Below, one piece after another: positions 56,190-64,000 of a stretch of 64,000 nt of DNA. How positions within the stretch are numbered: position 1 is the first letter of the stretch; each line of letters starts with the position of its first letter. Made by a program: the position numbers and the translations under genes. This stretch comes from Peptococcaceae bacterium UBA4068 (GTDB taxonomy: Bacteria; Bacillota; Dehalobacteriia; UBA4068): contig DFZA01000010.1 in assembly GCA_002382665.1 (NCBI GenBank), positions 17,589-81,588 on the forward strand, given 5' to 3'. Under the pieces are notes generated by a model. The model was not told the origin of the DNA, ran no database searches, and was given only the letters and a program-made list of their open reading frames with translations.

Positions 56190-56894
56190 TTAAACCTGCA
56201 GATCATCGGGTATTTCTACTTCGGATTGATCAAGAGAATTAATGCGGAAGTTTTGGTATCCTACCTTTAACCGTTCTCCGGTAAAAGAATCGGTAAACTC
56301 AACTTGCAGTGGTATGCCATACTTAGTGCTGACCCAATATTTATTACCATTTGAATTTTCTAATATCATACAACACTGATCTTCTATAGTATCAAAACCG
56401 CTGGCTTCCCAATCTCTGTAATCATAATCCTCTTCATCAATCAAAATATCCAGATCTTGATCATCAAACGACGTCTGAACCGCATGATAATCATTATCCG
56501 GCGAATAAGAAACAACAGTATGATCAGCGCAATCATAATAGGAAATATCTTCGCCGGCGTCACCAACCGATGAAATGATTTTAACTTTACCGCCCATATA
56601 CCAGGTTTTAATATTGGCACTACCGGAAGCATAAGCAATCGTTTGCTCATAATAATAAGATTCGATTTTTGAACGCGCTGTCAATAGGTCATCAACCGTA
56701 GTCTCGCGGCCATTATCAGTAAATTGGTCGTGATCCGGTTTAACATTGTCAGTAGACTGTTCTTCCTGACCCTCTTCGATAATTACCATTTGGCTGTCGG
56801 CGTCCCGGTTTTTATCACAACCGTTCAGCAATGCCATTGGTATTAATAGCAAACATACAGCAACCATACGTATCATACCGGCTTGCATTTTCAT
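56190..56894 (-). CDS. Lipoprotein with a LolA/DUF4412-like beta-rich domain
   Basis: Lipobox LLNGC; KTWYMGGKVKI...G.DTIEDQ.C.ILE....KYWV..KYGIPLQVEF. Confidence 0.6.
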   Translation of the reverse strand: MKMQAGMIRMVAVCLLLIPMALLNGCDKNRDADSQMVIIEEGQEEQSTDNVKPDHDQFTDNGRETTVDDLLTARSKIESYYYEQTIAYASGSANIKTWYMGGKVKIISSVGDAGEDISYYDCADHTVVSYSPDNDYHAVQTSFDDQDLDILIDEEDYDYRDWEASGFDTIEDQCCMILENSNGNKYWVSTKYGIPLQVEFTDSFTGERLKVGYQNFRINSLDQSEVEIPDDLQV

Positions 56895-57171
56895 ATCTCC
56901 CTAAATATGAATATATACTTCTTTCATAGAATTATATCACCAGTATAATGGGAAAACAATCATTTATATTCATAACGTACATATAAATTGATAATAATTT
57001 TCACTTATAAGCTTAATATCTCTTTACTTTTAATAAATATATTAGTATAATAAAGTGGGTTATTGTATGTGCAATTTCTATAAGTTAACAATTGATATTG
57101 GAATTTATAGTAGTGTATATAGGTTATATGTCTGATGGTAAAATGGTAATCTATTAGGAGGAAATGTTTTT

Positions 57172-58134
57172 ATGATTTCAAAAATCAAATTACTTAAGAA
57201 CGAATCCGGCCAGGCTATGGTTCTAGTTTCATTAATGTGTGTCGTATTATTCGGCTTTACAGCTGTTGCCATTGATTGGGGAAGAGTCGCTATAGAGAAA
57301 AATCAGCTGCAAAATACCGCCGATGCCGCAGCGTTAGCCGGGGCACAGGATTTGCCAAGCACAGCTACTGCTGAGAATACAGCGATCAGTTATGCCGAGG
57401 ATAACGGTGTCCAATCTTCTGAGACAACAGCCACTGCTCCATATAACGGAGATTCAAAAAAAATTGAGGTCGTATGTTCTAGACCAGTAGAATACACATT
57501 TGCCCGTGTTTTGGGGTTTAACAATACAACGGTAAGTGCCCGGGCGGTAGCTAGTAACACTGGAACATCTTCCGGTGAATCAGGACTGAGGCCCTGGGCT
57601 GTGCAGTCAAAGTATAAGGAGATGGGTGGTAAAAAGGGTGATACCTGGACTGGAAATTGGCTGGATTATACCTATTCATATGGACTTGAATTTGAACTGA
57701 AAGAAGGCGGTGGCGGAGGTTCCAATGGTTATTACGGGGTTGCTGCTTTTGGAGATCAGAATGCTAGTTCCGCCGATGTGTATAAAGACAATATAACTAA
57801 TGGATACGATGGTATCGTCAAGATTGGCGATATTATAAAAGACGGCCCGGGTAACAAAAATGTAAAAAATGTAATTAATGATCTTATGACGGAATCAGGC
57901 GATACTGAAGGCGATTATACTAAAGCAACAAAAGGTGATTCACGTGTTATTATAATACCCAAAGTAGATCCGACGAATAGTAATAAGGTTATCGGTTTTG
58001 CAGCCATATATCTGAAGTCTGTTGATCAACAAGGTTATATCACAGCTAATTTCTTATATGACACTACTTGGTCAGAATCCCAAAAAGAGTCACATGATGA
58101 TTGGGGCCTAGAGCCTGTCAAGCTTATCGATTAA
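57172..58134 (+). CDS. TadE/TadG-like pseudopilin (Tad domain protein)
   Basis: KNESG|QAMVLVSLMCVVLFGFTAVAIDWG...QLQNTADAAALAGA is a type IVb/Tad prepilin-like N-terminus; AGGAGG RBS. Confidence 0.85.
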   Translation: MISKIKLLKNESGQAMVLVSLMCVVLFGFTAVAIDWGRVAIEKNQLQNTADAAALAGAQDLPSTATAENTAISYAEDNGVQSSETTATAPYNGDSKKIEVVCSRPVEYTFARVLGFNNTTVSARAVASNTGTSSGESGLRPWAVQSKYKEMGGKKGDTWTGNWLDYTYSYGLEFELKEGGGGGSNGYYGVAAFGDQNASSADVYKDNITNGYDGIVKIGDIIKDGPGNKNVKNVINDLMTESGDTEGDYTKATKGDSRVIIIPKVDPTNSNKVIGFAAIYLKSVDQQGYITANFLYDTTWSESQKESHDDWGLEPVKLID

Positions 58135-58187
58135 CGTTGGTTGCAATAATAAACAAGATATAGCAGTGAAAAAATAACAACGAATTT

Positions 58188-58219
58188 CCGCCGAACTATG
58201 GAATCCATAAGGCGGTTTA
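58188..58219 (+). terminator. Hairpin downstream of the Tad gene
   Basis: CCGCC..TATGGA-A-TCCATA.GGCGG followed by TTT. Confidence 0.5.
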
Positions 58220-58280
58220 GAAAAATTTTTAGAGTTACACTTTCTCCATATTTGTTTAAAATTAAGGTTGTTTTGCAAGC

Positions 58281-58316
58281 AAATCCCCTTTTATCATGAA
58301 AGATAACAGGGGATTT
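58281..58316. terminator. Second intergenic hairpin
   Basis: AAATCCCCT.TTATC-ATGAAA-GATAA.AGGGGATTT. Confidence 0.6.
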
Positions 58317-58487
58317 ATTAATTTGTCATACAACATCAACCCAAAATTAGAGTGGCTTTATATAAGAAAATATAATATATGAAAATGTTTTACAAGGTGA
58401 TTATTTAAAGGGTAGTAATAACGATATCATAAAAGCTAGGCAAAATAGATTACGGCAATTCAGTTATTAGTACCGTTACAAATAAAT

Positions 58488-58527
58488 AAGAGAAGCGGTA
58501 GGCTTTATCAGCCGTCCCGCTTCTCTT
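58488..58527 (-). terminator. Terminator after the LPXTG adhesin gene
   Basis: AAGAGAAGCGG..GGCT-TTATC-AGCC..CCGCTTCTCTT. Confidence 0.75.
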
Positions 58528-58567
58528 CTCTTTTTATTATTTAAACATTGACTGACTATAGATATAC

Positions 58568-61084
58568 TTATTTACTCTTGCGCTTAGCTTTCGAGTTCAA
58601 TAACAGGGCGGACGCGATAAGCACAATGCCTAAGATACCAATAATAGTAGCGGTCGCCATTCCACCTGTATCAGGTAGTACATCGATATCGCCTAATACT
58701 CCAGATTCTTCTTCGGGTTGGACTACAGGTTGATCTCCGTTATCTACGTCAATATCGCCTAATACTCCGGATTCCTCGAATATATTCTCAATAACAACGC
58801 CTACCCGGGATGTACCGGTTATTTTTCCAGTAGAGCTACTATCCGGTCCCGTCCAGCCGGCATCTTTCTGATCATCTGTAAGTGTTTCGGTTACGGTATA
58901 TTCTGCGCCTAAAGGAATTTTTGTGAAGGTAGCTGATTCTCCGTTAGCAAGCGAAAGGGTATATTTGCCATCACTCAATGTTCCTCCGTTGCATTTGATT
59001 CCGCTCAAATCGCTTCCTGTAAACTGAACCGTAATATCAAATTTCTCTATTGTGGACGCACCGTCGCCAGTGACATTTTTCGTAACAATTAATGAACCGT
59101 ATTCATCCGGATCAGACGGCGTATCTTTGTCATATTTATTCTTTACTATGATGTCGTTCTGCTGAGAATCACTGATTGTACCGGATGCGTCGCTGCTTGC
59201 TCTGAACCATCCCTTGCTTATTTGCGTACTGGTCAGTTTTTCTATTACGGTATAGGTTGTTCCCAGCGGGATATTTGTAAATGTCGCAAACTCGGCATCA
59301 CTCAAGGACAGAGTGTATGTACCGTTCGAGTCTGTATCCCCGCCGCTGAAGTCGATATCTTCAAGACTACCACTACCGTTTTCTCCGATATTAAACTGAA
59401 CTGTGATAGCGAAATCTGCATCGGGTGCACCTGTTGTCAATACGTCCTTGGTTACCTTCAATGAACCGTATTCAGGATCTCCAGGTGGCGTTCCCGGATC
59501 ATATGTATTCTCAACTGTTTTATCAACCTCTGTTGTGCTGTTTATTGTACCGTTTAAATCATTCGCCTCATTCACCGGGCCTTCCCAACCTGCTGAGGTT
59601 TGCGCAGGAGTTAGGTTCTCCGTTATGGTATAGCCTATTCCCATTGGGATATTTGTAAATTCCGCGAACTCATCATCACACAATGACAGAATATATGTGC
59701 CGTTCGGGCTTGTAGTCCCGCCGCTGAATTCTATATCATTAAGATTATCGGTTGTTCCTGAAAACTGTACTGTGATAGCAAATTCCTCTGTCGAGGATGC
59801 ATTGTCACCAGTTACATTTTTCGTCACCTTCAATGAACCGTATTCAGGATCTCCCGGCGGCGTTCCCGGATCATATGTATTCTCAACTGTTTCTTCAACC
59901 TCTGCTGTGCTGTTTATTGTACCGTTTAAATCATTCGCCTCATTCACCGGGCCTTCCCAACCTGCTGAGGTTTGCGCAGGAGTTAGGTTCTCCGTTATGG
60001 TATAGCCTATTCCCATTGGGATATTTGTAAATTCCGCGAACTCATCATCACACAATGACAGAATATATGTGCCGTTCGGGCTTGTAGTCCCGCCGCTGAA
60101 TTCTATATCATTAAGATTATCGGTTGTTCCTGAAAACTGTACTGTGATAGCAAATTCCTCTGTCGAGGATGCATTGTCACCAGTTACATTTTTCGTCACC
60201 TTCAATGAACCGTATTCAGGATCTCCCGGCGGCGTTCCCGGATCATATGTATTCTCAACTGTTTCTTCAACATCTGTTGTTTCGTCGTTTATTTCGCCTT
60301 CCAAATCATCAGCCGGGCCTTCCCAGCCTGCGTCTTCCTGATCACCCGTAAGTGTTTCGGTTATGGTATAGGACGTTTCCAGCGGGATATTTGTAAAGGT
60401 AGCGAATTCTCCGTCAGCAAGCGAGAGATCATATGTGTCTGTGTCATCATTCCATGTCCCACCACTGCATTGGATTCCGCTTAAATTGTCCCCTGAAAAT
60501 GCTACCGTGATAGCAAATTCCTCTGTCGTGGATGCATCGTCGCCAGTTACATCCTTCGTTACTTTCAATGAACCGTATTCAGGATCTACCGGCGGTTCGT
60601 AGGAAATCAGATCAATATGGCTGACACCTTCATCATGACAACAAGTAGCAGGATCAGGACTATTAATTTTGCTTACTGTGACCGTTTTGTTTGCAGTATT
60701 TATTTCTATTTGATAATTATACTGGTTACCTGCTATAAAATCATATAGTTTAAAACTTGTCGATGTGGTTACATAACTATTTGCTGGATCAACACTCGGG
60801 TCCAAATAGTCTTTATCCTGATTATAATCTTTTCCTATTACACTTTTAATTGTGTCATTATCATCGGTGATAGTATCGTCAACCCAGATAAAAGCAGAAG
60901 TAGACTGCTTTATCACAATAATATTCGAGTCGCCGTAGTCATAAGTCCCCAGTGCATTAAAGATCTGTCCATCTAATTTATAGCTTCCAGTCGTGTCGGC
61001 CGCCAATGCCGCTGCACAGACACATAAAACGATTACTAAAATAAAAATAATACTGAATACTTTTCCTTTAACTTTTTTAATCAT
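58568..61084 (-). CDS. Sortase-anchored surface protein with five CnaB/Ig-like repeats and an LPDTG sorting signal
   Basis: Signal peptide; five units, each running GSL.VTK.V ... Y T(I/V).E ... V.N; then LPDTG (58664-58678), a TM segment and the basic tail KAKRKSK. Confidence 0.9.
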   Translation of the reverse strand: MIKKVKGKVFSIIFILVIVLCVCAAALAADTTGSYKLDGQIFNALGTYDYGDSNIIVIKQSTSAFIWVDDTITDDNDTIKSVIGKDYNQDKDYLDPSVDPANSYVTTSTSFKLYDFIAGNQYNYQIEINTANKTVTVSKINSPDPATCCHDEGVSHIDLISYEPPVDPEYGSLKVTKDVTGDDASTTEEFAITVAFSGDNLSGIQCSGGTWNDDTDTYDLSLADGEFATFTNIPLETSYTITETLTGDQEDAGWEGPADDLEGEINDETTDVEETVENTYDPGTPPGDPEYGSLKVTKNVTGDNASSTEEFAITVQFSGTTDNLNDIEFSGGTTSPNGTYILSLCDDEFAEFTNIPMGIGYTITENLTPAQTSAGWEGPVNEANDLNGTINSTAEVEETVENTYDPGTPPGDPEYGSLKVTKNVTGDNASSTEEFAITVQFSGTTDNLNDIEFSGGTTSPNGTYILSLCDDEFAEFTNIPMGIGYTITENLTPAQTSAGWEGPVNEANDLNGTINSTTEVDKTVENTYDPGTPPGDPEYGSLKVTKDVLTTGAPDADFAITVQFNIGENGSGSLEDIDFSGGDTDSNGTYTLSLSDAEFATFTNIPLGTTYTVIEKLTSTQISKGWFRASSDASGTISDSQQNDIIVKNKYDKDTPSDPDEYGSLIVTKNVTGDGASTIEKFDITVQFTGSDLSGIKCNGGTLSDGKYTLSLANGESATFTKIPLGAEYTVTETLTDDQKDAGWTGPDSSSTGKITGTSRVGVVIENIFEESGVLGDIDVDNGDQPVVQPEEESGVLGDIDVLPDTGGMATATIIGILGIVLIASALLLNSKAKRKSK
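59454..60271. repeat. Near-identical 372-bp tandem repeat inside the adhesin gene (about 2.2 copies)
   Basis: ACCTTCAATGAACCGTATTCAGGATCTCC recurs at 59454, 59826 and 60198. I count 5 substitutions between the two full copies. Confidence 0.95.
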
Positions 61085-61186
61085 AAAATTTCATTCGCCT
61101 CCTCATATCTCTTTCGCCTAATGTTTTCTTAAATCTAATTATTTGGTCGGGATTGCTGTTCTGTCGTGTTTAAATGTCTGATTACT

Positions 61187-61666
61187 TTACTTAGTGTCCG
61201 CTGCTAATTTATTGTTCATCACTCCGTCTCCGTCCAGAGCGCTGTCAATCATCTTCAGAAGCTCAAGTGCACTGCGAAAATTCAGCGTACAGTTCTTTTC
61301 GGCCCATGTTACCTTTCCCTGCCAGGTAGCATTTTGCCTGTATTGTATATGCACTACAAACGTCCCTTTATCACCTTGCTGAGAAGTAATATCATTTTCA
61401 TTCATAAAATTCGCAATCACCTCTTTCACCGGAGACCTCAGTTGTTTTTTGGCACTGAAAGTTCTTGATTTTGTTGATGACTGAGGGTATCCAATACGGT
61501 CAAATACCTCTTCCATTTCCAAAAATATTTTTTGTGGTCCCACAAACGGAACCGCAGCAGTACTCAAGCAATGGAATATTCTTCCCGAAAACCCTGATTG
61601 ATCTACCTGATCAACACAAATCGTAAATACGCTCGAAGCGCGAGTAGTGGATTTTGAATTAACCAT
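61187..61666 (-). CDS. Conserved clostridial hypothetical protein with two similar halves
   Basis: SVFTICVDQ...FSGRIFH...PF.G...IFLEMEEVF versus GTFVVHIQYRQNATWQGKVTW...NFRSALELLKMIDSAL. Confidence 0.8.
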   Translation of the reverse strand: MVNSKSTTRASSVFTICVDQVDQSGFSGRIFHCLSTAAVPFVGPQKIFLEMEEVFDRIGYPQSSTKSRTFSAKKQLRSPVKEVIANFMNENDITSQQGDKGTFVVHIQYRQNATWQGKVTWAEKNCTLNFRSALELLKMIDSALDGDGVMNNKLAADTK

Positions 61667-61911
61667 CCTTTGGTCTCTCCCCTTTTGATGAATTCATAAT
61701 AACATCGCTCATCTACGATTTGGCTACAAAACCCCAAAATATGTAAAAATATTACAATTTTTGTTCCTAAGGTCTAAGGTTAAACATTGCCCAGATAAAT
61801 AGATGGATAAATTCAATATTATTGTTTTATTCAACAAAAAAGATCCTAATTGTAATCAATTGGATCAAAAAAACAGACAACATGTGTAATTATCTGTTGA
61901 TAATTATAAAA

Positions 61912-61933
61912 GGCGTATCAATATTGATACGCC
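61912..61933 (-). terminator. Terminator after the BTAD regulator gene
   Basis: Perfect palindrome GGCGTATCAAT|ATTGATACGCC followed by TTTT on the minus strand. Confidence 0.8.
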
Positions 61934-61963
61934 GTTAATTATTAATTCCGAAAATCTGAAACA

Positions 61964-63226
61964 TTATCCCCATAAAGAACGATCATTATTAAACTTTATT
62001 GCATCGCCATTAAAATTAAATTCAGCCGCAGGCAAAACACTGCACTTCAAATGAATTCCTCTTCCATTATATGACTTGCGATAATTAGCGGTTATACGAT
62101 CGGATATTAAGTTGCAATTTTCCATATTTGTTCCGATCAAAAGCACAAGAAACTGAGTAACATTGTATCTGGTATACATATCTCCACGCCGTAAAGAATT
62201 TTTTATAGAATCTGACAGGCATTGTGCTGCATATGAAAGCCGGTTATCAGACTTGGGCAAGTCGCCGCTTTTATTAGCCAGGTTGCAGAGCATTAAATAA
62301 ACTGACTGACCGCTGCGCTCCATCATCCTTGAAACAAAACGATAGCTGTCAATAAAGCTCATCGATGTACAATAGTAGGCGCCTCTTAGCTCCGATTCCT
62401 CCTTGATTTCATCTCTAATCTCTTTGATCGGCAATCTTTCATCCTTGAGTTTATCTGATATCTCGCCGAAAAGCGCTTTTAGCTCCGCCGATGGAGTAGT
62501 GTTCCAATCATCAAGAAGCATCTCTGTTGCAAAATTGTAGGCAATAAATGCATCTTTAATACGGCCTTCAGCAATAAGACATCTTATGTATATTATATGG
62601 AGCTCTTCCTCAAATGGGTAAATCCTCATGCCTTTTGAACAAAGCTTCAGCATTGTCTGATAATCTTCATTTTCCCTTAACAGTTCCCAAGCTCTCTTAA
62701 AACATTGCAGATAGAGATTAGAATAGTAAGCGGAAACAACTGTCGCCCAATCATTTCCGGCAAGATTTGGCAGAAAATCACCATCATAAAGATCAATTGC
62801 GCAGGTATAAAGCTCAATCTTTCTTTGATAAGTCTGCCCAGGTTGCTTGGCTTGATTAACCGTTGTTTCGAATTGGTGGGAATCGATTTCACATGGTATA
62901 GTTGCATTCCATCCATACATACCGTCGCTGCAGTATATATATTCCTGTTTTGGCAGTCCCAAATCCAGCAGAACCTTTCTCAAACGTGTCACTAACACCT
63001 GAAGCGCCTTAACGGGATTATCGATCTCTTCATCACCGTATAACACGTCGATCAGCTTTTCCTTGGTAATGCTTTTGCCGCTATTCTGAATCAGGTACTG
63101 GAGCAAAAAGGACGTCCTGCTACCATTGTATTTTTTAAACACAATGGATTTCCCACCGGCAGTAATAGAAAAACTGCCGAACATTTTTATCTTTAAAGAC
63201 TTTTCATCCATCCGAACTTTTCCCAA
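61964..63226 (-). CDS. SARP-like regulator: winged-HTH + BTAD + degenerate GGDEF domain
   Basis: IKMFGSFSI, KEKLIDVLYGD...LQVLVTRLRK (wHTH); AIDLYDGDFLP...PFEEELH..YIRCL..GR...A..AY (BTAD); C-terminal LRRGDMYTRYNVTQFLVLL. Confidence 0.88.
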   Translation of the reverse strand: MGKVRMDEKSLKIKMFGSFSITAGGKSIVFKKYNGSRTSFLLQYLIQNSGKSITKEKLIDVLYGDEEIDNPVKALQVLVTRLRKVLLDLGLPKQEYIYCSDGMYGWNATIPCEIDSHQFETTVNQAKQPGQTYQRKIELYTCAIDLYDGDFLPNLAGNDWATVVSAYYSNLYLQCFKRAWELLRENEDYQTMLKLCSKGMRIYPFEEELHIIYIRCLIAEGRIKDAFIAYNFATEMLLDDWNTTPSAELKALFGEISDKLKDERLPIKEIRDEIKEESELRGAYYCTSMSFIDSYRFVSRMMERSGQSVYLMLCNLANKSGDLPKSDNRLSYAAQCLSDSIKNSLRRGDMYTRYNVTQFLVLLIGTNMENCNLISDRITANYRKSYNGRGIHLKCSVLPAAEFNFNGDAIKFNNDRSLWG

Positions 63227-63453
63227 CCCAAATTATTCTTTAATAAATTAAAGTATCATTCATTAATAACCTTTAATTTATATTAAGTAATAATATCATA
63301 ATTATCTAAAATTGTCATTATTTTTTTTTACAATCCCAATTATAATGATCTCTATACTGAATCCGCAGAAGACCACTACCGTGCTGTCGTGATACAAATT
63401 ATATTGAAAATTGTTTTATATATGGTATGATTTTGAAAGGAGGGCCGGAAAAC

Positions 63454-64000
63454 ATGAATAAAAGACGAATTGCAACAATACTTCTGGTTTCGGCCGGAAC
63501 TATTTTGATAATAACGGCGGCTATTCTTGAATATCAAGACTTCCCATGGGATGCTTTATTTAGCAGAAGCAACCAAAATTGGAGCGACGTTGCTGACCCC
63601 AAACCCATTAATCTTGAAGATGGAGAAACTATCGTTAGTGATGATAATCAAGAACCTGCCGAGGACACATATGAAGGTACTGTGCTCCCAGGACAAATAG
63701 ATGAGAATTCTACCTCTACCGCACCGTCTGTTTTTGAACAGCTGGGGATACTTAAAATACCGGTTATAAACGTTTCGGCTTACATATTTGAGGGTACGCA
63801 AAAACAGCTAAAATACGGCGTTGGACATGTTATTGGTACTGATGCGATTGGTGAGAAAGGCAATTGTGTAATTGCAGGACACAACTATCATCCCTTCCGT
63901 CATCTTAATCTTCTTAAGAAGGGAGACAATGTTATAATTAAAACTCCCCAAAACACTTATACTTATACAGTATATGATAGCTTCACCGTACAACCCCAAG
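63454..64000 (+). CDS. Sortase (class D-like), runs off the right edge
   Basis: Not in the ORF track. ATG 63454 after AGGAGG; N-terminal TM, acidic linker, LGILKIPVINV...EGT...LKYGVGH...GNCVIAGHNYHPFRHLNLLKKGD. The catalytic TLxTC would lie beyond the window. Confidence 0.9.
   Translation, partial: MNKRRIATILLVSAGTILIITAAILEYQDFPWDALFSRSNQNWSDVADPKPINLEDGETIVSDDNQEPAEDTYEGTVLPGQIDENSTSTAPSVFEQLGILKIPVINVSAYIFEGTQKQLKYGVGHVIGTDAIGEKGNCVIAGHNYHPFRHLNLLKKGDNVIIKTPQNTYTYTVYDSFTVQPQ

Noticed and set aside
58548-58733. 61-aa plus-strand ORF
   Set aside because: It is antisense to the sorting signal and TM of the adhesin, with no RBS.
59454-60271. 372-bp repeats as a mobile element or CRISPR, and the repeated plus-strand ORFs over them
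   Set aside because: The period is exactly 124 codons of the minus-strand adhesin domain, so the plus-strand ORFs are antisense shadows.
61085-61186. c-di-GMP-I/II riboswitch upstream of the adhesin, sortase or Tad genes
   Set aside because: I could not find the GCAAA...GACGCAAAGC-type or class II core by eye in any of the leaders. An Infernal scan would be decisive.
63556-63999. Two minus-strand ORFs in the track
   Set aside because: They are antisense to the sortase frame, which has an RBS and family motifs.
1-64000. rRNA, tRNA, integrase, transposase, prophage or anti-phage defence genes
   Set aside because: None was recognisable in the ORF track or in the intergenic regions. PspC is an envelope-stress component, not evidence of phage defence.

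Overview
This 64 kb window comes from an endospore-forming, S-layer-bearing, monoderm clostridial-type Bacillota genome. The basis is yqfC/yqfD, SLH domains, AddAB, an alpha2beta2 GlyRS, HrcA/CIRCE, and a DnaK lacking the diderm insertion. Positions 1-47 kb are mostly conserved housekeeping genes, nearly all on the minus strand: S41 protease, nth, hflX, addBA, ppdK, glyQS, the recO-era-dgkA-ybeY-HD-phoH-yqfDC block, the floA operon, rpsU, hit-mtaB, the hrcA-grpE-dnaK-dnaJ heat-shock operon, hemW, lepA and murJ. A small AraC/aldehyde dehydrogenase cassette sits at 3.1-5.8 kb. Positions 46-64 kb are accessory and envelope-related: a PadR/DUF1700-PspC module, a YjiM/double-cubane-type reductase that appears to start at ATC, a cobalamin-riboswitch operon of two DUF4430 surface proteins, and a second murJ with a TagO-like gene. 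At the right end is the best candidate for a new system: a wHTH-BTAD regulator carrying a catalytically dead GGDEF domain with an intact RxxD site, an internally duplicated small protein, an LPXTG Ig-repeat adhesin with a recent 372-bp duplication, a sortase and a lone Tad pseudopilin. I found no rRNA, tRNA, CRISPR array, integrase or transposase. All family assignments come from motif recognition only; no database search was run.
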